A DNA stretch of 64,000 bases from Acidobacteriota bacterium (GTDB lineage: Bacteria; Acidobacteriota; UBA890; WLXD01), in NCBI GenBank assembly GCA_963666215.2, contig CAXWPL010000002.1, positions 512,001 through 576,000 of the forward strand, written 5' to 3'. Positions 21,637 through 31,139 of this stretch are shown piece after piece. Under the pieces are notes generated by a model. That model worked only from the letters and a program-made list of their open reading frames with translations, was not told the origin of the DNA and ran no database searches. Position 1 is the stretch's first letter, and every line of letters begins with the position of its first letter. The position numbers and the translations under genes were made by a program.

Positions 21637-22536
21637 ATGATGAAAAGCGAGATCGACGTGGAAGTGACGACCGTCGGGGTGCAGCCCGCTGAGCCGCCCG
21701 AGCGCGGCCACGTGGGTGCCGATGTCATCGATGCTGATGCCCGCGCCGCCGGCGCCACCAGCACCGGTATCCATCCGACCGCTGTCATCGAGCCGGGCGC
21801 AGAGCTCGGCGTCGACGTCAGCGTTGGGCCCTACGCCATCATCCACGATGGGGCTCGGGTCGGCGACCGGTCGCGGATCGATGCGTACGCGGTGGTGGGG
21901 GAACACACGACGTTGGGGGCGGAGACGGTGCTCTTTTCGCATGCCTGCATCGGCACCGAGCCACAAGATCTCAAGTTCCAAGGCGAGCGGTCCATTCTGG
22001 AGTGTGGCGACCGCAACATTTTCCGCGAGTTCGTGACCGCCAACCGCGGCACCCGCGGTGGCGGCGGCGCTACCCGAATCGGTTCCGACAACCTGTTCAT
22101 GGCCTACACGCACGTCGCCCACGATTGTCAGATTGGCAACAAGTCGGTCTTTGTCAACGGAGCGACGTTGGGAGGCCATGTGGTGGTCGAAGATTGGGCC
22201 TTCATCGCCGCTTTTTCAGGCATTCAGCAGTTCTGTCGTATCGGGCAACATGCTTTCCTGGCGGCCTATTCAGGCGTGACCAAAGATGTTCCACCGTATG
22301 CCAGTGTGCAGGGGAACCACGTCCGAGTGACGGGACTCAACAGTGTCGGGCTCAAGCGTCGCGGCTTTTCCACGGACTCGATTCGCGATCTCAAGAAGGC
22401 GTTCAAGCTGCTTTTCCGAGACGGTCTCAACGTCTCGCAAGCACGGCTGGCGATCGCGGAGGCCGGATTGTCGAGCCCCGAGGTGGGTGGGCTGGTCCGC
22501 TTCATCGAAGAGAGTGAGCGTGGGATCGTCCGCTAG
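21637..22536 (+). CDS. lpxA: Acyl-ACP--UDP-GlcNAc acyltransferase
   Basis: IHPTAVI, PQDLKF, HVAHDC, LGGHV, KDVPPY, GLKRRGF; N-terminal extension, start uncertain. Confidence 0.95.
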   Translation: MMKSEIDVEVTTVGVQPAEPPERGHVGADVIDADARAAGATSTGIHPTAVIEPGAELGVDVSVGPYAIIHDGARVGDRSRIDAYAVVGEHTTLGAETVLFSHACIGTEPQDLKFQGERSILECGDRNIFREFVTANRGTRGGGGATRIGSDNLFMAYTHVAHDCQIGNKSVFVNGATLGGHVVVEDWAFIAAFSGIQQFCRIGQHAFLAAYSGVTKDVPPYASVQGNHVRVTGLNSVGLKRRGFSTDSIRDLKKAFKLLFRDGLNVSQARLAIAEAGLSSPEVGGLVRFIEESERGIVR

Positions 22537-22597
22537 CGCGGCCCCCGATGGGCCGATCGCGGCGGTGACGGCTGCCGATGAGGTGGGGGGGTCGGAA

Positions 22598-23509
22598 GTG
22601 AGCTCCGAGATTCCTCTCGCCCTCATCGCCGGGAGCACGCAGATGCCGCGTGTGGCGGCGCTGGAGGCCGCGCGCGCCGGCCGCACGGTCTGGGCCGCCG
22701 CCATCCGCGGGATCACCGATCCGGCGCTCGAGTCCGTTGTCGATCGGACGACCTGGCTTGATTGGGGCGATCTGCCTGGATTCTTCGCCCTCCTCGAAAG
22801 CTGGCGCGAAGCCGGCGTGACCGAGGCGGTCATGGCGGGGAAGGTGGAGCAGCGGCAGGTGTACGCTCCGGACTCGGTTGACGGCGAGCCGCCGGGCGCA
22901 GTCGGCGATGGCGCCTCGCAGGGTGGGGGAGGCAGCGCAATCGAAGCTGTCGTTGCGGGTCTGCCGAATGCTCACACCGACGAGCTGATCGGCGCCGTAG
23001 CCAACGTTCTCGAGGGCGCCGGAATCCGTCTCCTGAGCTCCATCGCGTACCTGGGCCAGTTCGTCGCCGCCGAGGGCGTCCTCAGCGCACGCCCACCGAC
23101 GGACGACGAAGAGCGGGATATCGAGCACGGCTGGCAGATCGCCAAACAACTCGGTGGCCTCGACATCGGCCAAACAGTGGTCGTCAAGTGGCGCGCGGTG
23201 GTGGCGGTCGAGGCCATGGAGGGCACCGATGCCTGCATTGCTCGCGCCGGCGCGTTGTGCGGTGTCGGCGCGGCGATCGTCAAGGTCGCCAAGCCGAATC
23301 AGGATTTGCGCTTTGACGTTCCGGTGGTTGGTCGCGGCACGATTGAAGCCATGTGCTCCGTTGGCGCCAGCGTTCTCGCCATCGAGGCTGGTGTGACCGT
23401 GCTCTTCGATCGCGACGAGCTTGTTGCCGACGCCAACGCCGCCGGCATCGCAGTCGTCGCAAGGGGGAACGCCGTGGGCGCCGGTGAGCGCGTGCCCAAC
23501 GCGACATGA
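22598..23509 (+). CDS. lpxI: UDP-2,3-diacylglucosamine diphosphatase LpxI family
   Basis: LIAG, MAGKV, DIGQTVVV, AVEAMEGTD, KPNQDLRFDVPVVG. Confidence 0.93.
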   Translation: MSSEIPLALIAGSTQMPRVAALEAARAGRTVWAAAIRGITDPALESVVDRTTWLDWGDLPGFFALLESWREAGVTEAVMAGKVEQRQVYAPDSVDGEPPGAVGDGASQGGGGSAIEAVVAGLPNAHTDELIGAVANVLEGAGIRLLSSIAYLGQFVAAEGVLSARPPTDDEERDIEHGWQIAKQLGGLDIGQTVVVKWRAVVAVEAMEGTDACIARAGALCGVGAAIVKVAKPNQDLRFDVPVVGRGTIEAMCSVGASVLAIEAGVTVLFDRDELVADANAAGIAVVARGNAVGAGERVPNAT

Positions 23510-24507
23510 CGAAGCCGGTTTCGGTCGGCGTCGTGGGCGTGGGTGCGATGGGTCGTCATCACGCCAGAGTGCTCGCGAGGCTCGTTCCGGGTGCCGTTCT
23601 CGCCGGGCTACACGACGCTGACGCGGAGCGCGCTGCCAGCGTTGCCGTCTCATCCGATTGCCCCGCTTTCGAGGGCCTCGACGAGTTGCTCGAGCGGGTC
23701 GATGCGGTGTGCGTTGCCGTACCGACGCTCGATCACCACGGAGTCGGCCAGCGGTGTTTGGAGGCTGGCTGCGACGTGCTCATGGAAAAACCGATCGCCG
23801 CCAGCCTGGAGCAGGCTGACGAGCTGATCGAGCTCGCGCGGCGCCACGACCGAGTTCTGCAAATTGGCCATATCGAGCGCTACAACCCGGCCGTCGAAGC
23901 GTTGCTCGAGCGCGCCACCGCGCCGGCTTTCATTGAAGTGCACCGACTCGGCTCATTCGTGGAGCGTAGCCTCGAGGTCGACGTCTTTGTCGACCTGATG
24001 ATCCATGACATCGACCTGATCCACGCCTTGGTCGACCGGCCTGTCATCGAGGTTCGCGCTGTAGGCGTGCCGGTGCTCTCGACCGAGATCGACATTGCCA
24101 ATGCCCGTCTCGAGCTCGAGGGGGGCTGCATCGTCAACCTCACTGCCAGCCGCGTCAGCGTTAACCGCATCCGTAAGCTGCGTGTGTTCCAGCCAGAGGC
24201 TTACTTCTCGATCGACTACAGCGAGCAGCAGGTCGCTCATTTTCGTCTTCAACGCGACGACGCCGGGATCGCCAGCATCGAGGCGGTTCCAGTGGCGGTC
24301 GACCGTGCGGAACCTCTGGTGCGGCAGATTGCTGATTTCGTCGAGTGTGTGGACGCGCGACGCCAACCCCGTGTCGACGGCATCACTGGGCGGCGGGCCC
24401 TCGCGACGGCGCTGCAGATTCGTCATGCGGCGGATCGTCGTGGCACCAACCTGGCCTCGATGATGACGGCTGAAAGACCGCTCTCAGGCGGTGGTGTCGT
24501 CGGCTAG
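23506..24507 (+). CDS. Gfo/Idh/MocA oxidoreductase, GnnA-like
   Basis: GVGAMG, EKPIA, GHIERYNPA, DLMIHDID; coupled to lpxI by ATGA overlap. Confidence 0.88.
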   Translation: MTKPVSVGVVGVGAMGRHHARVLARLVPGAVLAGLHDADAERAASVAVSSDCPAFEGLDELLERVDAVCVAVPTLDHHGVGQRCLEAGCDVLMEKPIAASLEQADELIELARRHDRVLQIGHIERYNPAVEALLERATAPAFIEVHRLGSFVERSLEVDVFVDLMIHDIDLIHALVDRPVIEVRAVGVPVLSTEIDIANARLELEGGCIVNLTASRVSVNRIRKLRVFQPEAYFSIDYSEQQVAHFRLQRDDAGIASIEAVPVAVDRAEPLVRQIADFVECVDARRQPRVDGITGRRALATALQIRHAADRRGTNLASMMTAERPLSGGGVVG

Positions 24508-24560
24508 CGGGTCCCTGGTGGCATTGCTAAACTCCAGCGTTCCCGATTCCTCGAGGCCTG

Positions 24561-25715
24561 ATGAGCCAACCGAGCACCGCCTTTTCACCGAGTCCACAGC
24601 CGACCCTCGGCATCGAGGAGGAGTATCAGCTGTGCGATCCGGAAACCGGGGCGTTGATGCCCGCCGCCAATCGGCTGATCGAGTCGGCGCCTGAGGATCT
24701 GCGGCGTGTCCTGAGTTACGATCTGATTCAGGGCCTCATCGAGGTCAACAGTGGGGTCTCGGGGTCCGTTGCCGATGGTATGGCCGATATTGCCGGACGC
24801 CGACGCGAGGTTCAGGCTCTGGCCGAGGCGCACGGCTTGACCTTGGGGATCACCGGCACTCATCCGTTTGCCGATCCCGACAAGACCGAGTTCGTGAAGA
24901 CCGATGCGTACCGGTGGGTGCGCAACCAGCTGCACTATGTGGCACGGCGAAACATCACGTTCGGCATGCATGTCCATGTTGGTGTCGACGATGCCGAACG
25001 CGCCATCTACGTCGCCAATCGCCTGCGTGCGTGGATTGGGCCGCTGATCGCGCTGGCAGCAAACTCGCCGTTTCTCGACGATCGCGACACGGGTTGGGAC
25101 TCGGCACGCTCCTTCGCATTCGGGATGTTTCCGCGCTCCGGGGTTCCGCCCCGGCTCGAGAGCTGGGAACACTACGAGAGTACGATTGCGGCGCTGCAGC
25201 GAGCGCAGAGCATCGAGTCCGCGCGGCACATCTGGTGGAACGTTCGTGCCCACCCCAGCTACGGCACGGTGGAAATGCGCGCCTGTGACGTGCAGACGTC
25301 GTTGCGCAGCACAGCCGCGATTGTCGCGGTGACACAGGCTCTGGTGGTGGCCTACGCCAATCGTCATCGTGCGGGCGAAGCAGAGCCGCGCTTGGCGCGC
25401 GCGTATCTGGAGGACGGTCGCTTCAAGGGGATGCGCTTCGGTCTCGATGCCGATGTTGTTGATCCGGAGATCGACGAAGTGCTGCCGATGCGCGATTACG
25501 TCCGCCGCATGCTCCTTGTTGCCGGCGAAGCCGCCGCTTCGCTTGGCACCGAGGCGTACCTCGATCCCATCACCGAGATTCTCGAGAAGGGAAACGGCGC
25601 CGCGCAGCAGCGCCGCATGGCCGACTCGGAAGGCGGCGATCTGCGCGCCGTGCACCTCCGGCTATTGGAGGCGGCGCGGGCGGAGATCGCCGGGCCGGAT
25701 CTGCCGGGCTTGTAA
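24561..25715 (+). CDS. YbdK/GCS2 family carboxylate-amine ligase
   Basis: TLGIEEEYQL, GTHPF, FGMHVHVG, ANSPF, IWWNVR, GTVEMR. Confidence 0.92.
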   Translation: MSQPSTAFSPSPQPTLGIEEEYQLCDPETGALMPAANRLIESAPEDLRRVLSYDLIQGLIEVNSGVSGSVADGMADIAGRRREVQALAEAHGLTLGITGTHPFADPDKTEFVKTDAYRWVRNQLHYVARRNITFGMHVHVGVDDAERAIYVANRLRAWIGPLIALAANSPFLDDRDTGWDSARSFAFGMFPRSGVPPRLESWEHYESTIAALQRAQSIESARHIWWNVRAHPSYGTVEMRACDVQTSLRSTAAIVAVTQALVVAYANRHRAGEAEPRLARAYLEDGRFKGMRFGLDADVVDPEIDEVLPMRDYVRRMLLVAGEAAASLGTEAYLDPITEILEKGNGAAQQRRMADSEGGDLRAVHLRLLEAARAEIAGPDLPGL

Positions 25716-25719
25716 CCCG

Positions 25720-26715
25720 GTGCTGCACGTGCGCGTGCTCGGGGCCGGCAGCGGGTTGCCGAGCGCGACGCGCGACACCAGCGGCCTGTGGATCGAAGCG
25801 GTCGACGCCGACACGCCACGGGCCGAGGTGAGGCGCGCGTCAGTGCAGCCAGAAGGCGCGGCCGCAACCGACCGCGGGCCTTGGACGGCTGCGACGCGTC
25901 GGACAATAGGGCCGCCGGCTACTCCGGTGCCTGTCCCCACCGCGTCCGCCAGAGGCGCCGGCGTGCTGATCGATTGCCCCGGGTCCGTGGTCCACAAACT
26001 CGCAACGTTCGGTGTGCCACTTGCCGCCGTCCGCCTCGTGATCCTGACGCACGATCACGTTGATCATGTTTATGGCCTACCGCATCTACTCCACGCGCGG
26101 GCGATCGCTGAGCAGATAGATCAGCTGGATATCTTCGGCCCACGCCAGACCCTCGACACGGTGAGAGCCATGATCGCCGTGCATGGGCTCGAGGGACCGC
26201 GCTATGGCCCGGTGGCGCTCCATATCGTGCCGCCCGAGTCAGGGCATTCCGTCGATCTCGATCTCGGTCGAAATCAGGATGCGTTGCGAGCAGACGTCAC
26301 GTCTGCGCTGAGCATCCGCTCGACACCCGCCGACCACGCGCGCGAAACGCTGGCGCTGCGCGTCGACGAGCGCGTCGCTCGCGCAGCGACTGGCAGCGGC
26401 GCGCGGCCGCCGAGCTTCGGCCTCTCCTCCGACACGAGGCCGAGCTCTGCAATCGCCGAGCTGTGTCGTGGCGTTGATCTACTGCTGCACGACTGCGGCG
26501 GGCTGCATTCCGAGCTGTCGGAGCTGGAAGCGCCGCACTCGAGCGCGCGGCAGGCGGGGGAAGTGGCTCGTCTGGCGGAGGCTCGAGAACTGGCCCTGGG
26601 GCACCTCTCGCCGTGCACCGACCAGCAAAGTGAGCTGTGGTTGGCCGAGGCCGCTAACACCTTTCGCGGGCCGGTGAGACTGGCCAGCGATGGCGACCTC
26701 TACGAGCTGCGATAA
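25720..26715 (+). CDS. MBL-fold metallo-hydrolase, RNase Z/AtsA-like, lacking the tRNA exosite
   Basis: LGAGSG, LIDCPG, THDHVDH, SSDT, HSSA, LGHLS. Confidence 0.85.
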   Translation: MLHVRVLGAGSGLPSATRDTSGLWIEAVDADTPRAEVRRASVQPEGAAATDRGPWTAATRRTIGPPATPVPVPTASARGAGVLIDCPGSVVHKLATFGVPLAAVRLVILTHDHVDHVYGLPHLLHARAIAEQIDQLDIFGPRQTLDTVRAMIAVHGLEGPRYGPVALHIVPPESGHSVDLDLGRNQDALRADVTSALSIRSTPADHARETLALRVDERVARAATGSGARPPSFGLSSDTRPSSAIAELCRGVDLLLHDCGGLHSELSELEAPHSSARQAGEVARLAEARELALGHLSPCTDQQSELWLAEAANTFRGPVRLASDGDLYELR

Positions 26716-26807
26716 GCTCTGTCGGCGACGATGATCGCCTGCGTCCAGGGCAGCGGGTAGAAAGAGGTACGCTTGACGCCCCAAGAGGCCACCGTAGCGG
26801 CGGATCC

Positions 26808-27428
26808 ATGGAGCTAGACGAAGTACAAAAGGCCTACTCGCGTTGGGCCAAGGTCTACGACTTGGTTTTCGGCCCGCTGTTCGTGCGCGCTCGAAAGCGC
26901 GCGATCGCTCTGCTCGAGCAGCCGGCAGGTGCTCGTATTCTCGAAGTTGGCGTCGGCACAGGGCTTTCGCTGGCGCAATTCCCAAGGGGCCATAGGGTTG
27001 TCGGCCTGGACATCTCGCGGCCGATGTTGAAGCGCGCGCTGGGTCGGGTTGGACACGGGTGCATGGGCCTGGTCGAAGGGGACGCAGCGCAGCTTCCCTT
27101 TCCCGATGGCGGCTTCGACGCCGTGCTGGCTACCTTCGTCGTCTCCGCTGTTCCCGATTCCATCAGCACGCTTGCCGAAATGCGTCGGGTGACGCTTCCC
27201 GGTGGGCCCATCGTGCTGCTCAATCACTTCACCTCCAATCGCAAAGCGATCGCGGCCGGGGAGCGGGCGCTGAGCAAGACAACCGAGAAGTTGCTCGGTT
27301 TTCACGCTGACTTCCCGCTGGAACCTCTGATCGCGCGCACCGGGCTGCAGGTGGAGAGCGTGGAGTCGGTGCCGCCACTCGGCTACTGGAAAGCGCTACG
27401 CTGTGTGACCCGCGAGGTTGGTGGGTGA
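26808..27428 (+). CDS. Class I SAM-dependent methyltransferase, PmtA (phospholipid N-methyltransferase)-like
   Basis: AYSRWAKVYDLVFG, ILEVGVGTG, GDAAQLPF, VLLNHF. Confidence 0.8.
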   Translation: MELDEVQKAYSRWAKVYDLVFGPLFVRARKRAIALLEQPAGARILEVGVGTGLSLAQFPRGHRVVGLDISRPMLKRALGRVGHGCMGLVEGDAAQLPFPDGGFDAVLATFVVSAVPDSISTLAEMRRVTLPGGPIVLLNHFTSNRKAIAAGERALSKTTEKLLGFHADFPLEPLIARTGLQVESVESVPPLGYWKALRCVTREVGG

Positions 27429-27453
27429 CCGGACGGACGCGCTCAGTCGGAAG

Positions 27454-28602
27454 ATGACGGCCTGGATCGAGGCCAGCGCGCCGCTGCGTGTTGACCTGGC
27501 TGGTGGCACCCTTGATCTGTGGCCGCTCTACCTTCTGCATCCGGGCGCATCGACAGTGAACGTCGCGCTGCAGCTGCGAGCGCGCGCACGCTACGAGCCC
27601 GCGTCTGCGTCGACCTCGACCTCGAATGACTCGGGACAGAAGTGGCACCTGATATCCGAGGATCGCAACGTAGCGACCACGCTGACTCCCGCCCAGGTTC
27701 GTAGCGACTCGCTGGAGTCCGGCGACCCCTTCGCGCTGACCCGGGCGGCAATTCGGCACTTCGGCCCCGTCCGCCCGGGCACCTTGACGACACGAGTCGA
27801 TGGTCCGCCCGGAGGCGGCATCAGCGGCTCGTCGGCGTTGATGATCGCTCTCTGCGGCGTTCTCGAGCGTCTTCCAGGCGAATCGAGGCGAGCCACGGCG
27901 GCTGCTCGATCGACGAGCTTCGCCACCCGGCGCGCGCATCGCGAACAGCTCGTGCCGCTGGCTCGCGATCTCGAATGCCGGGTCTTGGGCTACCCGGCGG
28001 GCATCCAGGATTACTACCCGGCATTGTTCGGGGGAGTGCAACAGCTGCGCTACCTACCCGGCCGCATCGAGCGGCATCGTCTCGATAGGGTGAGTGCCGG
28101 CGGGCTAGGTGTTCGGAATCCGTCCGACGGGATCGATCGACAGCAGCTGCAGAGTCGGCTGTTGCTCGCGTTCGGCGGCCGTCCGCATCGTTCCTGGCCG
28201 TCGAACTGGAGCTTGTTTCGCCGCCGCATCGAGGGTGACTCAGCCTGCCAGGCTGGTTTCGACAAGATCTCGCACGCCGCGGCCCGCGCCGCCAAGGCGC
28301 TGCGCAATGGGGGCCGCGGGCGATTCGCCGATCTGGCCGCCGCGATGCGGGCTGACTGGGAAGCGCGGAAGCAGATGGATCATCGTCTCGCACCGAACGA
28401 GCTTCTACGTCTGGAGAAGGTCGGCGTGGAGGCGGGGGCATGGGCCGCGAAAGGATGCGGGGCCGCGGCGGGCGGCTGCATGCTCTTTCTTTTGAAGCGC
28501 GCGACCGACCGCGACAGAGTTCAGCGTGCGTTGACCGCGGCCGGTGCGAGCATGGTGCCGATGACGATCGCCGCCAGTGGTCTGAGAGTCCGCTCGGGAT
28601 GA
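27454..28602 (+). CDS. GHMP-family sugar kinase, HddA-like
   Basis: APLRVDLAGGTLD, PPGGGISGSSA, GIQDYY, AKGCGAAAGG; start may be 27421. Confidence 0.85.
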   Translation: MTAWIEASAPLRVDLAGGTLDLWPLYLLHPGASTVNVALQLRARARYEPASASTSTSNDSGQKWHLISEDRNVATTLTPAQVRSDSLESGDPFALTRAAIRHFGPVRPGTLTTRVDGPPGGGISGSSALMIALCGVLERLPGESRRATAAARSTSFATRRAHREQLVPLARDLECRVLGYPAGIQDYYPALFGGVQQLRYLPGRIERHRLDRVSAGGLGVRNPSDGIDRQQLQSRLLLAFGGRPHRSWPSNWSLFRRRIEGDSACQAGFDKISHAAARAAKALRNGGRGRFADLAAAMRADWEARKQMDHRLAPNELLRLEKVGVEAGAWAAKGCGAAAGGCMLFLLKRATDRDRVQRALTAAGASMVPMTIAASGLRVRSG

Positions 28603-29570
28603 TCGACTGGGGGGTTATTCCTACCGCCGGGCAAGGTCAGCGGATGGCACCGGCCTCGACCGCCGTCCCCAAGACGCTGTTGCCCGTCGGGCTGCGCCCG
28701 ATGCTGCACTGGACGCTCATGGAAGCGGCCGAGAGCGGGCTCAAGGCACTCGCCATCGTGATCGCGCCGGGAGATGTGCTGGTGCGTGCGTACATCGACG
28801 CCGCGCACGCCGCCGGCCGTGTCCTCTCGACCGACACGACAGGCACCAGCCCACCATTTCTGACTGCTGTCAGGGGGGCTGGCGCGAACAGGAAAGAGGC
28901 CCATCCAGATCATTTCGACGCCAACGCCCTGGTTGATCTCGGTCGCCTGCTGGCGGATATCGAGATTCACTGGGTGGAGCAGCCCCGACCGACTGGCATC
29001 GGTGACGCCTTCGTTCGCTGCCGCCATCTCACCGGCGGCAGCCCTTTTGCGGTGCTGCTCCCGGACAACTGGTTCGACATCTCGACCGGTGACGACTCCT
29101 TGCCGGCGATCGCGCAGGTCTATCGTGGCTTCGAGCTCACGGGGATGTGCTCGCTCGGGCTCACCTGGGTCGATCCTGGCGAGCGAGCTCTATTCGGCAA
29201 CGTCGGTGGCGTGGAGCTCGCCGCGATCTCGAAACGCACGCACCGCGTGCTCAGCTTGCAGAACAAGGAAACCGGGGCGTTCGGCGGCGACGACCGTCGG
29301 GTGCTACGCGGCTGTGGGCGCTACGTGGTCGACGACAGATTCTACGAGGCGCTGGAGGCGACACGCGGCCAGCCTGATGGCACCGCTTCGAGCGGCGGCG
29401 CGCCAAGCGAATGGGATGACGTTCCGGCCTTCCAGCGTTTGATCGCCACGGCTGGTCTCGCCGGTCGTGAGATCCAGGGGCGTCACTACGATGTCGGCCG
29501 GCCGGCCGGCTACCTCGCCGCGGCCGCTCATCTCTATGAGCAGCTCGAGGGCGTCGCGCGCATCCCGTAG
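28599..29570 (+). CDS. Sugar-phosphate nucleotidyltransferase, GalU-like
   Basis: VIPTAGQGQRM...PKTLLPV, EQPRPTGIGDA, PFAVLLPDN, YDVG. Confidence 0.85.
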   Translation: MIDWGVIPTAGQGQRMAPASTAVPKTLLPVGLRPMLHWTLMEAAESGLKALAIVIAPGDVLVRAYIDAAHAAGRVLSTDTTGTSPPFLTAVRGAGANRKEAHPDHFDANALVDLGRLLADIEIHWVEQPRPTGIGDAFVRCRHLTGGSPFAVLLPDNWFDISTGDDSLPAIAQVYRGFELTGMCSLGLTWVDPGERALFGNVGGVELAAISKRTHRVLSLQNKETGAFGGDDRRVLRGCGRYVVDDRFYEALEATRGQPDGTASSGGAPSEWDDVPAFQRLIATAGLAGREIQGRHYDVGRPAGYLAAAAHLYEQLEGVARIP

Positions 29571-29626
29571 AGGGCACTAAGATTGACAGTGCTCGCGCGC
29601 CTCCTTCACCTGAAGACCGCTATCGA

Positions 29627-30100
29627 ATGAGAGTGATGGCTCTGGACATCGGGGAGCGTCGCATCGGTGTCGCACTGTCGGACCCCACAGCCTTTCTGGC
29701 GCGTCCTTTCGGCACGCTGCCTGGGGGAGGTGGTGCGCGCTCGCTGGCCAAGCGCCTGCGGCCGATCATCGCTGAGGAGGATGTCGGTCAACTTGTCGTT
29801 GGCCTGCCACTGCGCATGTCGGGCGAGCGCGGCCCCGAGGCATTGAGCATCGAGAAGCTCGTCGCCGATCTGAAGAGAATGCTCGACATTCCGATCGTCC
29901 TTTCGGACGAACGGTTGACGACGGTCGAGGCCACTCGTCACATGATCGAGTCGGGCACGCGACGGTCGAAGCGGCGCCAAAACGTCGACCGCGTCGCGGC
30001 CGCGGTCATCCTGCAAGCGTACCTCGACCATGAACGGGGCTCGGAAACGATGCAAACCGCGACTCGTCCCGCGGTGGGCGACGCCGACGGGGACCGCTGA
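29627..30100 (+). CDS. ruvX: RuvX/YqgF pre-16S rRNA nuclease
   Basis: ALDIGERRIGVALSD, VVGLP, DERLTT, DRVAAAVILQ. Confidence 0.95.
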   Translation: MRVMALDIGERRIGVALSDPTAFLARPFGTLPGGGGARSLAKRLRPIIAEEDVGQLVVGLPLRMSGERGPEALSIEKLVADLKRMLDIPIVLSDERLTTVEATRHMIESGTRRSKRRQNVDRVAAAVILQAYLDHERGSETMQTATRPAVGDADGDR

Positions 30101-30104
30101 TCTG

Positions 30105-31133
30105 ATGCGGCGTCTCCTCGTTGCCGGTCTGGTGCTGGCCCTCACTCTCGCTGCCGCAGGGGCGGGATCCGGTGCCTGGTTTCGGCGTCAGGTGGACGCT
30201 CCGTTTCCAGCCGACGGGGTGACGGGCGCCGCGCCGCGCGTTCTGGTCGTAGAGGCCGGGGCCTCGGCGAGCACTGTTGCTGCTCAACTGGAGAGCTCGG
30301 GGATCATCTCGTCGGCGCGTTTGTTCGGCCTCTGGCTGCGATGGCGAGGCGAAGCCGCAGCTTTGCAGGCGGGCGAATACGCGTTCGACGGAGATCCATC
30401 CATGGCTCAGGTCGCGACGATTCTGGTGTCGGGGCGAGTGCGATTGCAGTCCGTGACGATCCGCGAAGGGATCGCGCGATGGGAAGTTGCCGAGGCTCTG
30501 GTTGAGGCCGGCTTCGGGCCGGCCGACGAGGCGCTCGCCGCCACCGAGCGTGGGGAGCTGATCGCTGATCTCGACGAAGTTGCGGCGCTAGAGGGCTCGC
30601 TCGAAGGTTATCTCTATCCCGATACCTATCTGGCACCCAGGAGCGCCACACCCGCCGACCTCGTTGCCGAGATGGTGGGCCGGGTGCGCGCTCTTTGGAC
30701 CCCCGCGCGCCAGGCTCGCGCCGCCGAGCTCGAGATGACGCTGCGAGAGGTCATCACGCTCGCCTCGATGGTGGAGGCCGAGGCGCAGCTGGCAGCGGAG
30801 CGACCGCTGATCGCGGCAGTTTTCCATCGTCGCATCGAGCGTTCGATGTTGCTGCAATGCGATCCGACAGTGCTCTACGCACGGTGGCTTGCCGGCAAGG
30901 GCGGGCGAGTGATTCATCGGTCCGATCTCGAGCGCGACTCACCGTACAATACGTACCGCTACCCGGGGCTGCCGGCGGGTCCAATCGGCAACCCGCGGGA
31001 GGCGAGTATCGACGCGGTGCTGTATCCGGCCGACGCCGACAATCTGTACTTTGTGGCCCGCAACGACGGGTCGCACGTCTTCTCGCGCTCGCTCGTCGAG
31101 CACAACCGTAACGTCAACCTCTACCAGCGCTGA
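30105..31133 (+). CDS. mltG: Endolytic transglycosylase MltG
   Basis: N-terminal TM, EGYLYPDTY, LASMVEAE, LQCDPT, SPYNTY, GLPAGPIGNP. Confidence 0.95.
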   Translation: MRRLLVAGLVLALTLAAAGAGSGAWFRRQVDAPFPADGVTGAAPRVLVVEAGASASTVAAQLESSGIISSARLFGLWLRWRGEAAALQAGEYAFDGDPSMAQVATILVSGRVRLQSVTIREGIARWEVAEALVEAGFGPADEALAATERGELIADLDEVAALEGSLEGYLYPDTYLAPRSATPADLVAEMVGRVRALWTPARQARAAELEMTLREVITLASMVEAEAQLAAERPLIAAVFHRRIERSMLLQCDPTVLYARWLAGKGGRVIHRSDLERDSPYNTYRYPGLPAGPIGNPREASIDAVLYPADADNLYFVARNDGSHVFSRSLVEHNRNVNLYQR

Positions 31134-31139
31134 CAGCCA

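Noticed and set aside
25720-26715. Second true RNase Z
   Set aside because: Lacks the GP-rich tRNA-binding exosite seen in 47022-47924; kept as a generic MBL hydrolase
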